Positions 47,672 through 56,971 of a stretch of DNA of 64,000 nt are shown piece by piece. Both the position numbers and the translations under genes were made by a program. The notes beneath the pieces were generated by a model, which ran no database searches, was not told where the DNA came from, and saw only the letters and a program-made list of their open reading frames with translations. Each line of letters starts with the position of its first letter. Within the stretch, counting starts at the first letter, position 1. Origin of the DNA: Chthoniobacterales bacterium (GTDB lineage Bacteria; Verrucomicrobiota; Verrucomicrobiia; Chthoniobacterales; JAATET01); assembly GCA_041748215.1 (NCBI GenBank), contig JBGTDR010000176.1, positions 213 to 64,212 of the forward strand, written 5' to 3'.

Positions 47672-47700
47672 ACTATCCTCTGCCCCCTCAGGGGGGTCAA
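47672..47700 (-). promoter_or_regulatory. Putative sigma70 promoter for rpmB
   Basis: TTGACC-17 nt-GATAGT. Confidence 0.5.
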
Positions 47701-47735
47701 GAGTTTTTACAGAGACAATCCGGCGTCCCGCTGCC

Positions 47736-48830
47736 TCACCGGGGCATCTGTTCCACCCGCATCCGGAGGTCGAGTGTCTGGCCGTCCCGCAGGACTTGCA
47801 CGCTGGCGGTGTCGCCCACTTTCAACTCGCTCACGCGATTTCGAATGTCATCCCCGTCACGTATCGGCTTGCCGTTGATTCGAAGAAGCACGTCGCCCTG
47901 CTGCATTCCAGCCCGCTGGGCGGATGAACCATCGACGACCGACATCACGACGCTGCACTCGGCCGCGGGCAATCCGAACGCGGCAGCTCGCTCCGCACTG
48001 AGTCGGTAGGCGACCGCGCCGAGCCACGGACGGGACACCTCGCCCCGATTAATGATGTCTTCGTAAACACGCCACGCGAGGTTTGCCGGGATCGCAAAGC
48101 TGATACCCTGGCCCTCACGAGCCGTGAGATTGTTGATTCCCACGACCTCTCCCCGCACGTCCACCAGTGGACTGCCGGAATTCCCGGGATTGATCGCCGC
48201 ATCGGTCTGAAAAAATTCCGTACTCAAGCCGGCAATCGCACGACGGCCCAGGCCGCTGATAATGCCCTGCGTCACCGACTCCTGCAGACCAAGGGGATTG
48301 CCGATCGCAAAAACCATTTGCCCGGCCCGGATGGCGTCGGAATTGGCGAACGGCAGCGGGGTCAGACCCTGCGCATCGACTTTGAGGACTGCAATATCCA
48401 CCCGTTGATCCGCCCCGAGCAAAGCCGCGGGCAATACGCGGCCATCGTTGAAATGGACGTCGACGACGTTCGCACCGGCTACAACGTGGAGGTTGGTCAG
48501 AATGTGGCCTTTCGGCGAAACAATCACGCCCGAACCCAGCTGCGGTGCCGGCTCTGCGGGCATCGGCATTCCAAAAACCTTCCGAATCTGGCGCATGCGC
48601 TCGATGGCCAGGCTTTCCTCTTTGGCGGAAATACTCACGATCGACGGGACAACCCGAGCCACCAGGCCGGTGATTTCGTTGTCCAGCGCGGAAAGAACGA
48701 CTGGGTCGGAGGCGCGGGAATGGGCCGGGCCGATCGCATCGTGAGCGGTGCGGGTCACCCACCAGACGACTCCGGCAACGGCGAATGCGACGACAACGAC
48801 AAACGCAAGGAAACGAAGCAGGCTGGGCAT
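47736..48830 (-). CDS. HtrA-family serine protease with an N-terminal membrane anchor and one PDZ domain (DegS-like architecture)
   Basis: N-terminal TM helix; GSGV, TNLHVV, DIAVLK, QTDAAINPGNSGSPL. Confidence 0.92.
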   Translation of the reverse strand: MPSLLRFLAFVVVVAFAVAGVVWWVTRTAHDAIGPAHSRASDPVVLSALDNEITGLVARVVPSIVSISAKEESLAIERMRQIRKVFGMPMPAEPAPQLGSGVIVSPKGHILTNLHVVAGANVVDVHFNDGRVLPAALLGADQRVDIAVLKVDAQGLTPLPFANSDAIRAGQMVFAIGNPLGLQESVTQGIISGLGRRAIAGLSTEFFQTDAAINPGNSGSPLVDVRGEVVGINNLTAREGQGISFAIPANLAWRVYEDIINRGEVSRPWLGAVAYRLSAERAAAFGLPAAECSVVMSVVDGSSAQRAGMQQGDVLLRINGKPIRDGDDIRNRVSELKVGDTASVQVLRDGQTLDLRMRVEQMPR

Positions 48831-48851
48831 GCGCGCACCGGAAGATCGGGA

Positions 48852-51635
48852 CTACTCGCCGCGGGACGCCGTGCCCTTGGGTTTCTCCACCGGTGCTCCG
48901 CCCGACTCCGGATAACGTTGCTGGAGTTCTCCGAGAGCTTTCTCGGCTTCGACCGGATTGCCGGCTTTGCGATACGCCTCGGCCGCACCCTTGAGAGCCC
49001 GGGGCGTGATGTCCGGGTCATCGTAGAGCACAGCCACGGTGAGATACGCGCGGGCAGCGGGATCGTGGTCACCTTTCCGCATCAGGATGCGCGCCGCCAG
49101 CAACCGGCCTTCCGCGTTGTAGCGGCCTTCCGGCTGAAGCAGTAACGCTTCCTCGACGAGTCGATTCGCCTGATCGAGCTCACCTTTGCCGAGTGAAACC
49201 TCAGCTGATGCCTGCAATCCCCGCGCGCGCCCTACGGGATCGCGCGCCTGCGCCAGAAATTGCTGCACCGGCTCAGCCGCGGCCTCGTATTTGCCAAGGG
49301 CGATTCGTGCCTTGGCCAGATTGATAAAAACCTCCGGACTCACTGGAATCGAGGGGTCCCGAGTAACCATTGGCGTCAGGAACTTTTCCGCCTCCGCAAA
49401 ATTGCCCTCGTCGAAATATTTGGATCCGAGCCAGCCCATCACTTCGGACGGCACGGTTCCCTCGGTAGCCTTCGCGACCTCCGCGGCGACTGCGTCGCGA
49501 TCTTCGTTGTAATAATGGGCGAGAATGATGCGCACGGCCGCGCGATCACCAAATTGTTCGGGATCCGCGGTCCGGGCCCGCTCCAGATGATTGATCGCCG
49601 TGGGGTAATCCTTTTTCTCGAAAGCCGACCAGCCAATCCAGTACTCGGCCTGGCCCGCCGCCGTGCTCTTGGGATATTCCTTCAGCAGCAGGGCAAACGT
49701 CTCGCTCATCTCGTCGTATTTCTCCTGTTGCCCAAGAATCAGACCCTTCTGCTGCAGGGCCAGTTCACGTTCCTTCGCTTGCGGATGGTCGGCAATCAGT
49801 GTGTCGAAATCCTTCAACGCCGCCTCGTAGGATTTTGCCTGCTGGCTGGCAAGCGCGCGCTGGGCAATCGCGGAAGCGCGTAATTTGCTTTGCGGATGCG
49901 TGTCGAGAAATGCCGTGAGCGTCTGTATCGCGGAGGGGGTTTCCCCCATCTGCACGTAGCACCAACCGAGCTTGAATTGCGCCTGCTCTTTGATCGCATC
50001 CGGCAGGCGTGCTTCCAGCGCTTTGCTGTAGAGCGCCGCCGCATCAGCGTATTGCGTTTTTTTAAACAACGCCTCCGCCTTCAGCAGCATTGCCTGCGCC
50101 CGGTCCCGCGGATTGCTGCTCACCGCGAGGAATTCATCGATCGCCTTCTCGATATCCTGCCCGCCGACCGCGTCCATACTCACGAGCCGCTGGAACTGGG
50201 CCTGCCGTGCCGCCTCGGTCCCGGGAAATTCGCTGAGAATCTGAGTGTAAATATCCAATGCCTTTGCGTTGTCGCCGAGCTGACGGCTGGCGTTGGCTGT
50301 AATGAGGAGCGCCTCCGGCACGGCGTCCGTCGGCAGTTCACGAATCCCCTCCGCCGTGAGCGATCCCGCCGACTGGAAATCGCCCGCCTCGTAAGCCAGC
50401 CGCAACACGCCAAGTTTCGCCACCCCGCGCCACTGCCCCAATCCGGGTTTGCGCAGCGCTTCATCGAACAGCTCTCGCGCCCGCTCGTCGCGCCCGAGTT
50501 CCGCTGCGAGCGCGGCCGCTTTCACCATCGCCTCCGCTTGCATTTCGGCCTTCTCCGCGGTTTTCGACAATTCCTCGTAGGCCGTGAACGCCCGCGGTTT
50601 GTCGCCGGCTTTGGCGTCCGTTTCGGCGAGGTAAAAGAGGGCGTTGTCGCGGTAGGGGTTGTCGGTCTCGACGGCGGCAAGATCCCGGAAGACTTTCGTT
50701 GCCTCGGCCGTCTTGCCGAGTTTATCGAGCGCGTTCGCCTCAAAATATTTCGACGTCAGCTTCACCGCGGGCTCGGTGGAGTTCGCTTCCGCCTTGCGGA
50801 ACATCGCGACTGCCCCGCCATAGTTTGCCTCCGCAAAAAAGATTTCACCGAGCCGATACGCCCCGGCTCCGACAAATTCTCCCTCGGTGTAGTCCTGCAA
50901 CAGCCGCTGATACCCCTCCCGCGCGGCGCGCGCGTTTCCGAGGAATCGCTGACTCTCCGCCAGACGGAAAAGCGCCCCGTCCCGGTTCGGCGCTGAGGGT
51001 TCGGCAATCAGGAATTTTTCGTATTCGAAAACCGCCATGTCGTACATTTTCCGGCGATAAAATCCGTTCGCGGCGAGCAGCGACTGATTCATCGTGGCCG
51101 ATTCTCCTGCGGGTGCGAGGCGGATGGATCCCGCTTCCTCCTCCGTGGCGGGCTCAGGAACCGTGCGGCGCTGAGGACGAAAGACCTCGCCCTCAACGGG
51201 ACTGGCCTCCACCGGATCACCCGGCGGCGGAGTTTGTTCGATCGCGGACGCCGGGGGCACTGGAGGCGGTTCCAGCGGAACTGCCGGTTGAATCGGAATC
51301 GGCGTCGCGATGGGAATGGGCGTCGCAATCGGGATCGGCGTGGCCACGGGAATCGGCGTGCCCATCGGTTCCGGCATGGGTGGCGGCAACTCCGGAGTGG
51401 GCGTGGGCGTTGCGGGCGTCACCGCTTCCGCGCGCCGCACCGGCACCCGTTCCATCCAGGCCGGATTCTGATATCCCGAAGGATCCACGGGCTCAGCCCG
51501 CGGCGGAGCCGCCGGATCGACCAGCTCACGATTCACCGGCTCCGCCCGCCGGATCTCCGGTTCGGCCGGCAACTGAGCGAAAAGAGGAGACGCGCAGAAC
51601 ATCACCGCGCTAAAAATCAATCGGCTGGCTTTCAT
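48852..51635 (-). CDS. Large exported TPR protein with a Pro/Thr-rich N-terminal linker
   Basis: Signal peptide (..PLFA-Q), Pro-rich region, then many TPR units; ATGA overlap with exbD. Confidence 0.86.
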   Translation of the reverse strand: MKASRLIFSAVMFCASPLFAQLPAEPEIRRAEPVNRELVDPAAPPRAEPVDPSGYQNPAWMERVPVRRAEAVTPATPTPTPELPPPMPEPMGTPIPVATPIPIATPIPIATPIPIQPAVPLEPPPVPPASAIEQTPPPGDPVEASPVEGEVFRPQRRTVPEPATEEEAGSIRLAPAGESATMNQSLLAANGFYRRKMYDMAVFEYEKFLIAEPSAPNRDGALFRLAESQRFLGNARAAREGYQRLLQDYTEGEFVGAGAYRLGEIFFAEANYGGAVAMFRKAEANSTEPAVKLTSKYFEANALDKLGKTAEATKVFRDLAAVETDNPYRDNALFYLAETDAKAGDKPRAFTAYEELSKTAEKAEMQAEAMVKAAALAAELGRDERARELFDEALRKPGLGQWRGVAKLGVLRLAYEAGDFQSAGSLTAEGIRELPTDAVPEALLITANASRQLGDNAKALDIYTQILSEFPGTEAARQAQFQRLVSMDAVGGQDIEKAIDEFLAVSSNPRDRAQAMLLKAEALFKKTQYADAAALYSKALEARLPDAIKEQAQFKLGWCYVQMGETPSAIQTLTAFLDTHPQSKLRASAIAQRALASQQAKSYEAALKDFDTLIADHPQAKERELALQQKGLILGQQEKYDEMSETFALLLKEYPKSTAAGQAEYWIGWSAFEKKDYPTAINHLERARTADPEQFGDRAAVRIILAHYYNEDRDAVAAEVAKATEGTVPSEVMGWLGSKYFDEGNFAEAEKFLTPMVTRDPSIPVSPEVFINLAKARIALGKYEAAAEPVQQFLAQARDPVGRARGLQASAEVSLGKGELDQANRLVEEALLLQPEGRYNAEGRLLAARILMRKGDHDPAARAYLTVAVLYDDPDITPRALKGAAEAYRKAGNPVEAEKALGELQQRYPESGGAPVEKPKGTASRGE
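51294..51360 (-). repeat. 18-nt-period coding repeat (TPIP[VI]A)x4
   Basis: Translation TPIPVATPIPIATPIPIATPIP. Confidence 0.85.
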
Positions 51636-52045
51636 TCCGGTTTGCTCGTGGCGAAGGCGACGTTCCAGATATTTGCGCTCCGACAGACATCGAGAACGTC
51701 GACGATGGAACGATAATCCGTGTTCTCGTCAGCGCGCAACACGACGGCCTGATCTGGATAGAGCTCGGCGATCCGCGCCAGTGCGCTCCCGAGCTCCTCG
51801 CGCGTCATCGTCCGACGATTCATGATGATCGTTCCGTCGGATTTCACGTTGAGAATGACTTCCCCCACCGCCCGGCGTGTCTCCTTGCCCTCACGGGCAG
51901 TCGGGACCTTCACGTCGAGTTCCATTTCCTGCCGGGCGAAATTCCATGTCACCAGGAAAAAGATCAGCAGCAGGAAAACGACGTCGATCATCGGAGCTAG
52001 CTGGAACCCAGTGGGTTCAGGCTGGGCGCGGGCGCGAAAATTCAT
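51632..52045 (-). CDS. exbD: ExbD/TolR-family protein
   Basis: LAPMIDVVFLLLIFF (conserved TM Asp), VVLRAD, VDVLD. Confidence 0.9.
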   Translation of the reverse strand: MNFRARAQPEPTGFQLAPMIDVVFLLLIFFLVTWNFARQEMELDVKVPTAREGKETRRAVGEVILNVKSDGTIIMNRRTMTREELGSALARIAELYPDQAVVLRADENTDYRSIVDVLDVCRSANIWNVAFATSKPE

Positions 52046-52064
52046 GCCAGTCGAATCCCGTCGG

Positions 52065-52856
52065 TCATTCCGGCGGGTGAAGTCCGCCGGGTTTAAAATG
52101 CGCGCCGAGAAGTGCGATCAGCTGCGTCGTCGCGGCCTCGAGATCTGCGATCAAACCCTGCACCCGGCCGCGAAAAAATGCGTAAGCCGCCATCGCCGGG
52201 ATGCCGATCATGAGCCCTGCCGCCGTTGTCACGAGCGCTTCCGCCACCCCCTCCGCCAGCAGCATCGGCCGCGTGGCCGCCATATCCTGCGCCACGACCG
52301 TAAACGATTTGATCATTCCAAGCACCGTCCCAAACAGCCCCACCATCGGCGCGATGGTGCCAATGTCCGCGAGGTAAACAATCTGCTGATTTAATCCGCT
52401 GGCCTGCCGCGTGCCCTCGGTCTCGGCAATCTCGCGGGCCTCCGCCAGCGTCGCTTTCGGGTTCTTCGTGAGGAAATCCAGCGTTCGCCGCATCACCCGC
52501 GCAACCGCGTCGTTGTGGCGGTTCGAAACCGCCAGCAACCCGTAATAATCGCCCTTCCGCAGCAGGGCATCGGCCGTCGTCATATAGCGCCCGCTTACCA
52601 CCGCTCCACGCCGCAGCGAGAAAAAATAAATGACGATCAGCATCACCGCGATCACCGACAGTGCCGCCAGCGGAATCATCACCACTCCGCCCGACTCCAG
52701 CACCTGCCAGAGGTCAATCGTGCCCTCCGCCTCCGGCAAGACGTCCACTGGCAGCGGGTCCGCAGGGTCACTCTGCGCCATAACCGACGACACTCCCACC
52801 GCCCAGGCGGCCACCGACGTCATCGCTGCACGTCCCGCGGATAATCTCTTCACCAT
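52065..52856 (-). CDS. exbB: MotA/TolQ/ExbB proton-channel protein
   Basis: IAPMVGLFGTVLGMIKSF, GVAEALVTTAAGL.IGIPA. Alternative TTG start at 52862. Confidence 0.9.
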   Translation of the reverse strand: MVKRLSAGRAAMTSVAAWAVGVSSVMAQSDPADPLPVDVLPEAEGTIDLWQVLESGGVVMIPLAALSVIAVMLIVIYFFSLRRGAVVSGRYMTTADALLRKGDYYGLLAVSNRHNDAVARVMRRTLDFLTKNPKATLAEAREIAETEGTRQASGLNQQIVYLADIGTIAPMVGLFGTVLGMIKSFTVVAQDMAATRPMLLAEGVAEALVTTAAGLMIGIPAMAAYAFFRGRVQGLIADLEAATTQLIALLGAHFKPGGLHPPE

Positions 52857-52870
52857 GATCAAGCTCGCGA

Positions 52871-52898
52871 AGTGTAAGCGGACAATCGCTTCAAGCAA
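52871..52898 (-). promoter_or_regulatory. Putative sigma70 promoter for exbB-exbD-TPR
   Basis: TTGCTT-16 nt-TACACT, ending 8 nt before in-frame TTG 52862. Confidence 0.5.
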
Positions 52899-53007
52899 GT
52901 CCCCACCTTGCAGGTGCGTGCGTCAATCGAATCTCCGTGCGCGCACGATTGGTCTTCGGACAGGCTTGGTGACGGTGCCGCGCATTCGTTTCCAGTGGAT
53001 CGAAAAA

Positions 53008-54237
53008 CTAACGGCGGACGACGATTCGCCGGACCAGGGAGGATTTCAGATTGGTCGAATCGACAGCCTGGATCTGAATTTTCGTGCGGCTGGCTCGAAG
53101 TTTTGCCGCTTTGATCTTGAGTTTCCAGCTGGTGGTTCCGCGAGCCTTTTTGAATTTGCCTTTGCCAACTTTCACTTCAACTGCCGCGAGGTCACCATCG
53201 CTGTCGGCGGCGGTCCCACGGAGTTTGACGACCGATCCCTTGAATAGAATTTTTTTTCTTCCTTTAATGGTGACGGTTGGAGCACTCCTCCCGGGAGGGC
53301 CGTCGACCAAAACCGACCTTTGAAGGGCCATGCTGAAATACCCACCCCCGGCAATGGCGTCCACGGCATCCAGTCCCGCTGGCACCGTGGCCTGATTGAC
53401 GACCTCACCACCTGGCAAAGGAAGGGTGTTCGATCCCCAGGCTACCACCGTTCCTTCAACCTTGAGCGCCAGCGAGTGACCGGTACCAGCACTCACGGCG
53501 GCCACATTCGTCAAGCCGATGGGAACGTTGGATTCGCCACTGCCATTCGAGCCCCAGCCGACAACCGACCCATCAGTCTTCAGAGCCAGATTGTGATTGG
53601 CGTAGGCGGCGATGGCGATTACGCCGCTCAATCCGACCGGGATCGTGGTCTGCCCGCTGGCATTGGAACCCCAAGCGGTCACCGTGCCATCGGCTTTGAG
53701 CGCCAGCGCATGAGAATATCCAGCGGCAACAGCCACCACGCCGCTCAATCCGGTGGGAACATTCGTCTGCCCATCGAGGTTCGATCCCCACGCTGTCACC
53801 GTGCCGTCGCTTTCAAGCGCGAGACTGAAATACGTTCCGGCGGCGACGTTTGTGACTTCGATCAATCCAGCGGGCACGGCCGTCCCTCCATTGAAGGCAT
53901 TCCCCCAACCCACCACGGTTCCGTTTTGCCGGACCGCGAGCGCATGATCGACACCCGCCGCAATTGCAACCACATCATTCAATCCCGCCGGAACCGTCGA
54001 TTGCCCGAAACGATTATCCCCCCACGCCACCAGCGACCCATCGCTTCGCAGAGCGAGAGCAAAATTTTCGCCGGCAGCGATCGTACTCACCTGACCGAGG
54101 TCGCTGGGTACGACTCTTTGACCGTAAAGGTTGCTGCCCCAAACCGTGATCGTCGAACCGCCGGCATCACCAAGGCCCGCCAGCCCAAATAAGATGAGTG
54201 CTACCGCCGCCAGTGGGCTTTTTCGATGCGAGACCAA
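53008..54237 (-). CDS. Secreted RCC1/BLIP-II-like beta-propeller protein with a basic C-terminal Ig-like domain
   Basis: Signal peptide; seven repeats of about 39 aa (V.AWG.N..GQ..VP.GL..V.AIAAG..H.LAL..DG); Lys/Arg-rich C-terminus. Confidence 0.88.
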   Translation of the reverse strand: MVSHRKSPLAAVALILFGLAGLGDAGGSTITVWGSNLYGQRVVPSDLGQVSTIAAGENFALALRSDGSLVAWGDNRFGQSTVPAGLNDVVAIAAGVDHALAVRQNGTVVGWGNAFNGGTAVPAGLIEVTNVAAGTYFSLALESDGTVTAWGSNLDGQTNVPTGLSGVVAVAAGYSHALALKADGTVTAWGSNASGQTTIPVGLSGVIAIAAYANHNLALKTDGSVVGWGSNGSGESNVPIGLTNVAAVSAGTGHSLALKVEGTVVAWGSNTLPLPGGEVVNQATVPAGLDAVDAIAGGGYFSMALQRSVLVDGPPGRSAPTVTIKGRKKILFKGSVVKLRGTAADSDGDLAAVEVKVGKGKFKKARGTTSWKLKIKAAKLRASRTKIQIQAVDSTNLKSSLVRRIVVRR

Positions 54238-54276
54238 ATCGACCTTCTTCCTGGGGTGAAAAAAACAATCGGCCGA

Positions 54277-55044
54277 TCAGCGGACGATGCCGCGCTTGCT
54301 GGCTTCGACAAAGGTGACGAGGACGTCAAGTTGGGGATTGGGGGGAAGTTCCGCGCGGATGGCTTCGAGGGCCTGTTTGGTGTTGAGATTCGCCCGGTAC
54401 AGCAGACGGAAAGCCTCGCGCAGAGAACGGACGGCCTCCGTGTCGAAACCGCGGCGTTCGAGACCCACCTGGTTGATGCCTCGGACCTGCGCGGGGTTGC
54501 CGTCAGCGATCATGAACGGCGGCACGTCCTGCACGATCTTGGTGCAGCCGCCGGTGATCGCGTGCTGACCGATGCGGCAGAACTGGTGGACTCCCGACAG
54601 ACCGCCAATCACCGCGTGATCTTCGACGATGACGTGCCCGGCAAGCGTACCGTTGTTCGAAAAAATGACGTGATCGCCGACGATGCAATCGTGGGCGACG
54701 TGGGAGTACGCGAGGAAGTTGCCGTGCGAGCCGATGACCGTTTTTGATCCCGGAGCGGTGCCGCGATTTACGGTGCAAAATTCCCGGAATGAATTGTGGT
54801 CGCCGATTTCGAGATGGGTCGGTTCGCCCGCGTATTTCAGGTCCTGAGACCGCTGGCCAATGGAGCTGTATGGGAAAATCGTGTTGCCGCTACCGAGGGT
54901 GGTCGGGCCGGCGACGGTCGCATGATTGTGAATCACACAATCGGGCCCAATGATCACGTCGGCTCCGATGACGGCGTAAGGCCCAACGCTGGTGCCGCTC
55001 CCGATCTCGGCGCTGGGATCGATGACGGCGGTCGGGTGAATCAT
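54277..55044 (-). CDS. lpxA: Acyl-ACP--UDP-GlcNAc O-acyltransferase (canonical)
   Basis: QDLKY, HVAHDC, LAGHV, VHQFCRIG; directly downstream of lpxC-fabZ. Confidence 0.96.
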   Translation of the reverse strand: MIHPTAVIDPSAEIGSGTSVGPYAVIGADVIIGPDCVIHNHATVAGPTTLGSGNTIFPYSSIGQRSQDLKYAGEPTHLEIGDHNSFREFCTVNRGTAPGSKTVIGSHGNFLAYSHVAHDCIVGDHVIFSNNGTLAGHVIVEDHAVIGGLSGVHQFCRIGQHAITGGCTKIVQDVPPFMIADGNPAQVRGINQVGLERRGFDTEAVRSLREAFRLLYRANLNTKQALEAIRAELPPNPQLDVLVTFVEASKRGIVR

Positions 55045-55134
55045 GGCGGAGAATGCGTTTTCTTAATTTGGTTGGAAGAAGGGACCGGCGGCCGTCGCGA
55101 ATCACCTATTTGAACGAACAAACCCGACCGTGAG

Positions 55135-56436
55135 TTACCGATTCACAATTCCGAAGAGGAGTTCGCCCTCGGAGACAACCTCGCCATTTACGGTGCATTG
55201 GCAGCTCGCTTTGCCGAGGTTTCGTTTGGCCCGCGTCATTTCAACGTTGATGAAAAGCGTGTCGCCGGGGAAGACGGGTTTTCGAAATTTTACCGAATCG
55301 GCGCTCATGAAGTAGCCGATTTTGCCTTCGTTTTCGGTGCGGCGCATCATGACGATGCTGGCCACCTGAGCCATCGCTTCGAGCTGGAGCACGCCGGGCA
55401 TGACGGGATGGCCGGGAAAATGACCCTGGAAATACGGTTCGTTGATGGTGACCGATTTGACGCCAACGGCCCGCAATTCCTCGAGTTCGACCACACGGTC
55501 GACGAGCAGGAACGGGTAGCGGTGCGGCAGGATGGCCATGATTTGATTGACATCGAGCACGCCGGTATTGGCGGTCGTCGGCCGGGGAGCGGTGGCGGTG
55601 AGGTCGGCAAACCGTTTCACCATGGCGCGAGCCAGTTCGGTGTTGGGGCCATGGCCGGGTTTGACCGCGATCACGTGACCACGGAGGGGCCGACCGCTCA
55701 GCGCGATATCGCCGACGATGTCGAGAATCTTATGGCGGACAAATTCGTCCGGGAATCGCAATGGCTCCTTGCTGAGGACGGAGTCACCGCGGGCGACGAT
55801 GGCATTTTCCAAGCTGCCGCCACGGATCAGGCCCTTGTCCATGAGCGGCTTGACGTCCTCGTAAAAAACGAACGTGCGGGCAGGAGCGATTTCGCGGGCG
55901 TAAATTTCCGGAGTGATTTCCGTGCTGCGGTACTGCGTGAAGCGGCCTTCCGGACCGACCTGGGTGCAGGAGATGCGGAAACGGGAATCGGGCAAAATGG
56001 TCAGGATCGAGCCTTCCCGGGTCTCGATGTGCACCGGCTCCCGCGGTTCGAAACAGATGCGGGCGGCATCCTGTTCGACGACGCCGGCCTCCTCGATCTG
56101 GCGCACAAATGCGGAGGCGCTGCCGTCGCCGATGGGCGGTTCATTGGCGTCCATCTCGACGAGCGCATTGTCGACGCCCATGCCGGCGAGCGCGGAGATG
56201 ACGTGCTCGACGGTGTGGATTTTCGCGCTGCCTTCGACGAGGGTCGTCGCTCGCTCGACCATTTTGACATTCGCCACCTTCGCTTCGACGACGGGCTGGT
56301 CAGGCAGATCCTTGCGGCGGAATTTGTAGCCGTGTCCGGCCGGAGCCGGGTGGAGGGTGAGAGTGACTTGCTCTCCGGTGTGCAGGGAGGTGCCGGTGAG
56401 GCTGGACGAGGATGCGAGGGTGCGTTGTTTTTCCAC
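55135..56436 (-). CDS. lpxC-fabZ: Bifunctional LpxC deacetylase / FabZ dehydratase
   Basis: LpxC: KQRTL, TVEHVISAL, APARTF, RHKILD, PGHG. FabZ: LPHRYPFLLVD, GHFPGHPVMPGVL. Confidence 0.96.
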   Translation of the reverse strand: MEKQRTLASSSSLTGTSLHTGEQVTLTLHPAPAGHGYKFRRKDLPDQPVVEAKVANVKMVERATTLVEGSAKIHTVEHVISALAGMGVDNALVEMDANEPPIGDGSASAFVRQIEEAGVVEQDAARICFEPREPVHIETREGSILTILPDSRFRISCTQVGPEGRFTQYRSTEITPEIYAREIAPARTFVFYEDVKPLMDKGLIRGGSLENAIVARGDSVLSKEPLRFPDEFVRHKILDIVGDIALSGRPLRGHVIAVKPGHGPNTELARAMVKRFADLTATAPRPTTANTGVLDVNQIMAILPHRYPFLLVDRVVELEELRAVGVKSVTINEPYFQGHFPGHPVMPGVLQLEAMAQVASIVMMRRTENEGKIGYFMSADSVKFRKPVFPGDTLFINVEMTRAKRNLGKASCQCTVNGEVVSEGELLFGIVNR

Positions 56437-56470
56437 GAAAGGCTTGGTGAACGACAGCCCTACGCGGACG

Positions 56471-56971
56471 CTAGAGGGCTTCGGGAGCGGAATCTTTGTG
56501 ACCGAGCAGGATCAGGTCGAGATATTTCTGGTTGCCCGCGCGGAGGCGGTTGACCAGCGAACGGCCAATGGCGGCAAGGAGGTGGATCGCGGCGGCGGGC
56601 TGAATGCCGGCAAGCACTCCGACGACCATCCGCGTGATGCGCAGGACCTGCGTTTGCCCGGTCGCAACCACGGTGGCCGAGCGCGGGCCGTCATCGACCA
56701 ATGCCAGCTCGCCAAAAAAATCGCCCGCCTCGAGCCGGGCCAGCTCGATGTCGCGCTCGGGTGTCGTCACGTGAACGGTCACGCTTCCGTGAATGATGAC
56801 GTACATGCAGATGCCCGTTTCGCCCTGTTCGACGATGGTATCACCGGTCTGGTAATCAACGTAATCACAGAGACTCAGCAGGGTATCGAGTTCGTCCTCT
56901 TTGAAACCGGTGAAGAGTTTGAACTTCGAGAGTGTCTCGCTTGCGCAGTCGGGCTTGGTGGGTTCAGCCAT
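56471..56971 (-). CDS. Stand-alone cyclic nucleotide-binding domain protein
   Basis: IVEQGE, MYVIIHGSV, GDFFGELALVDDGPRSATV; no HTH. Confidence 0.88.
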   Translation of the reverse strand: MAEPTKPDCASETLSKFKLFTGFKEDELDTLLSLCDYVDYQTGDTIVEQGETGICMYVIIHGSVTVHVTTPERDIELARLEAGDFFGELALVDDGPRSATVVATGQTQVLRITRMVVGVLAGIQPAAAIHLLAAIGRSLVNRLRAGNQKYLDLILLGHKDSAPEAL

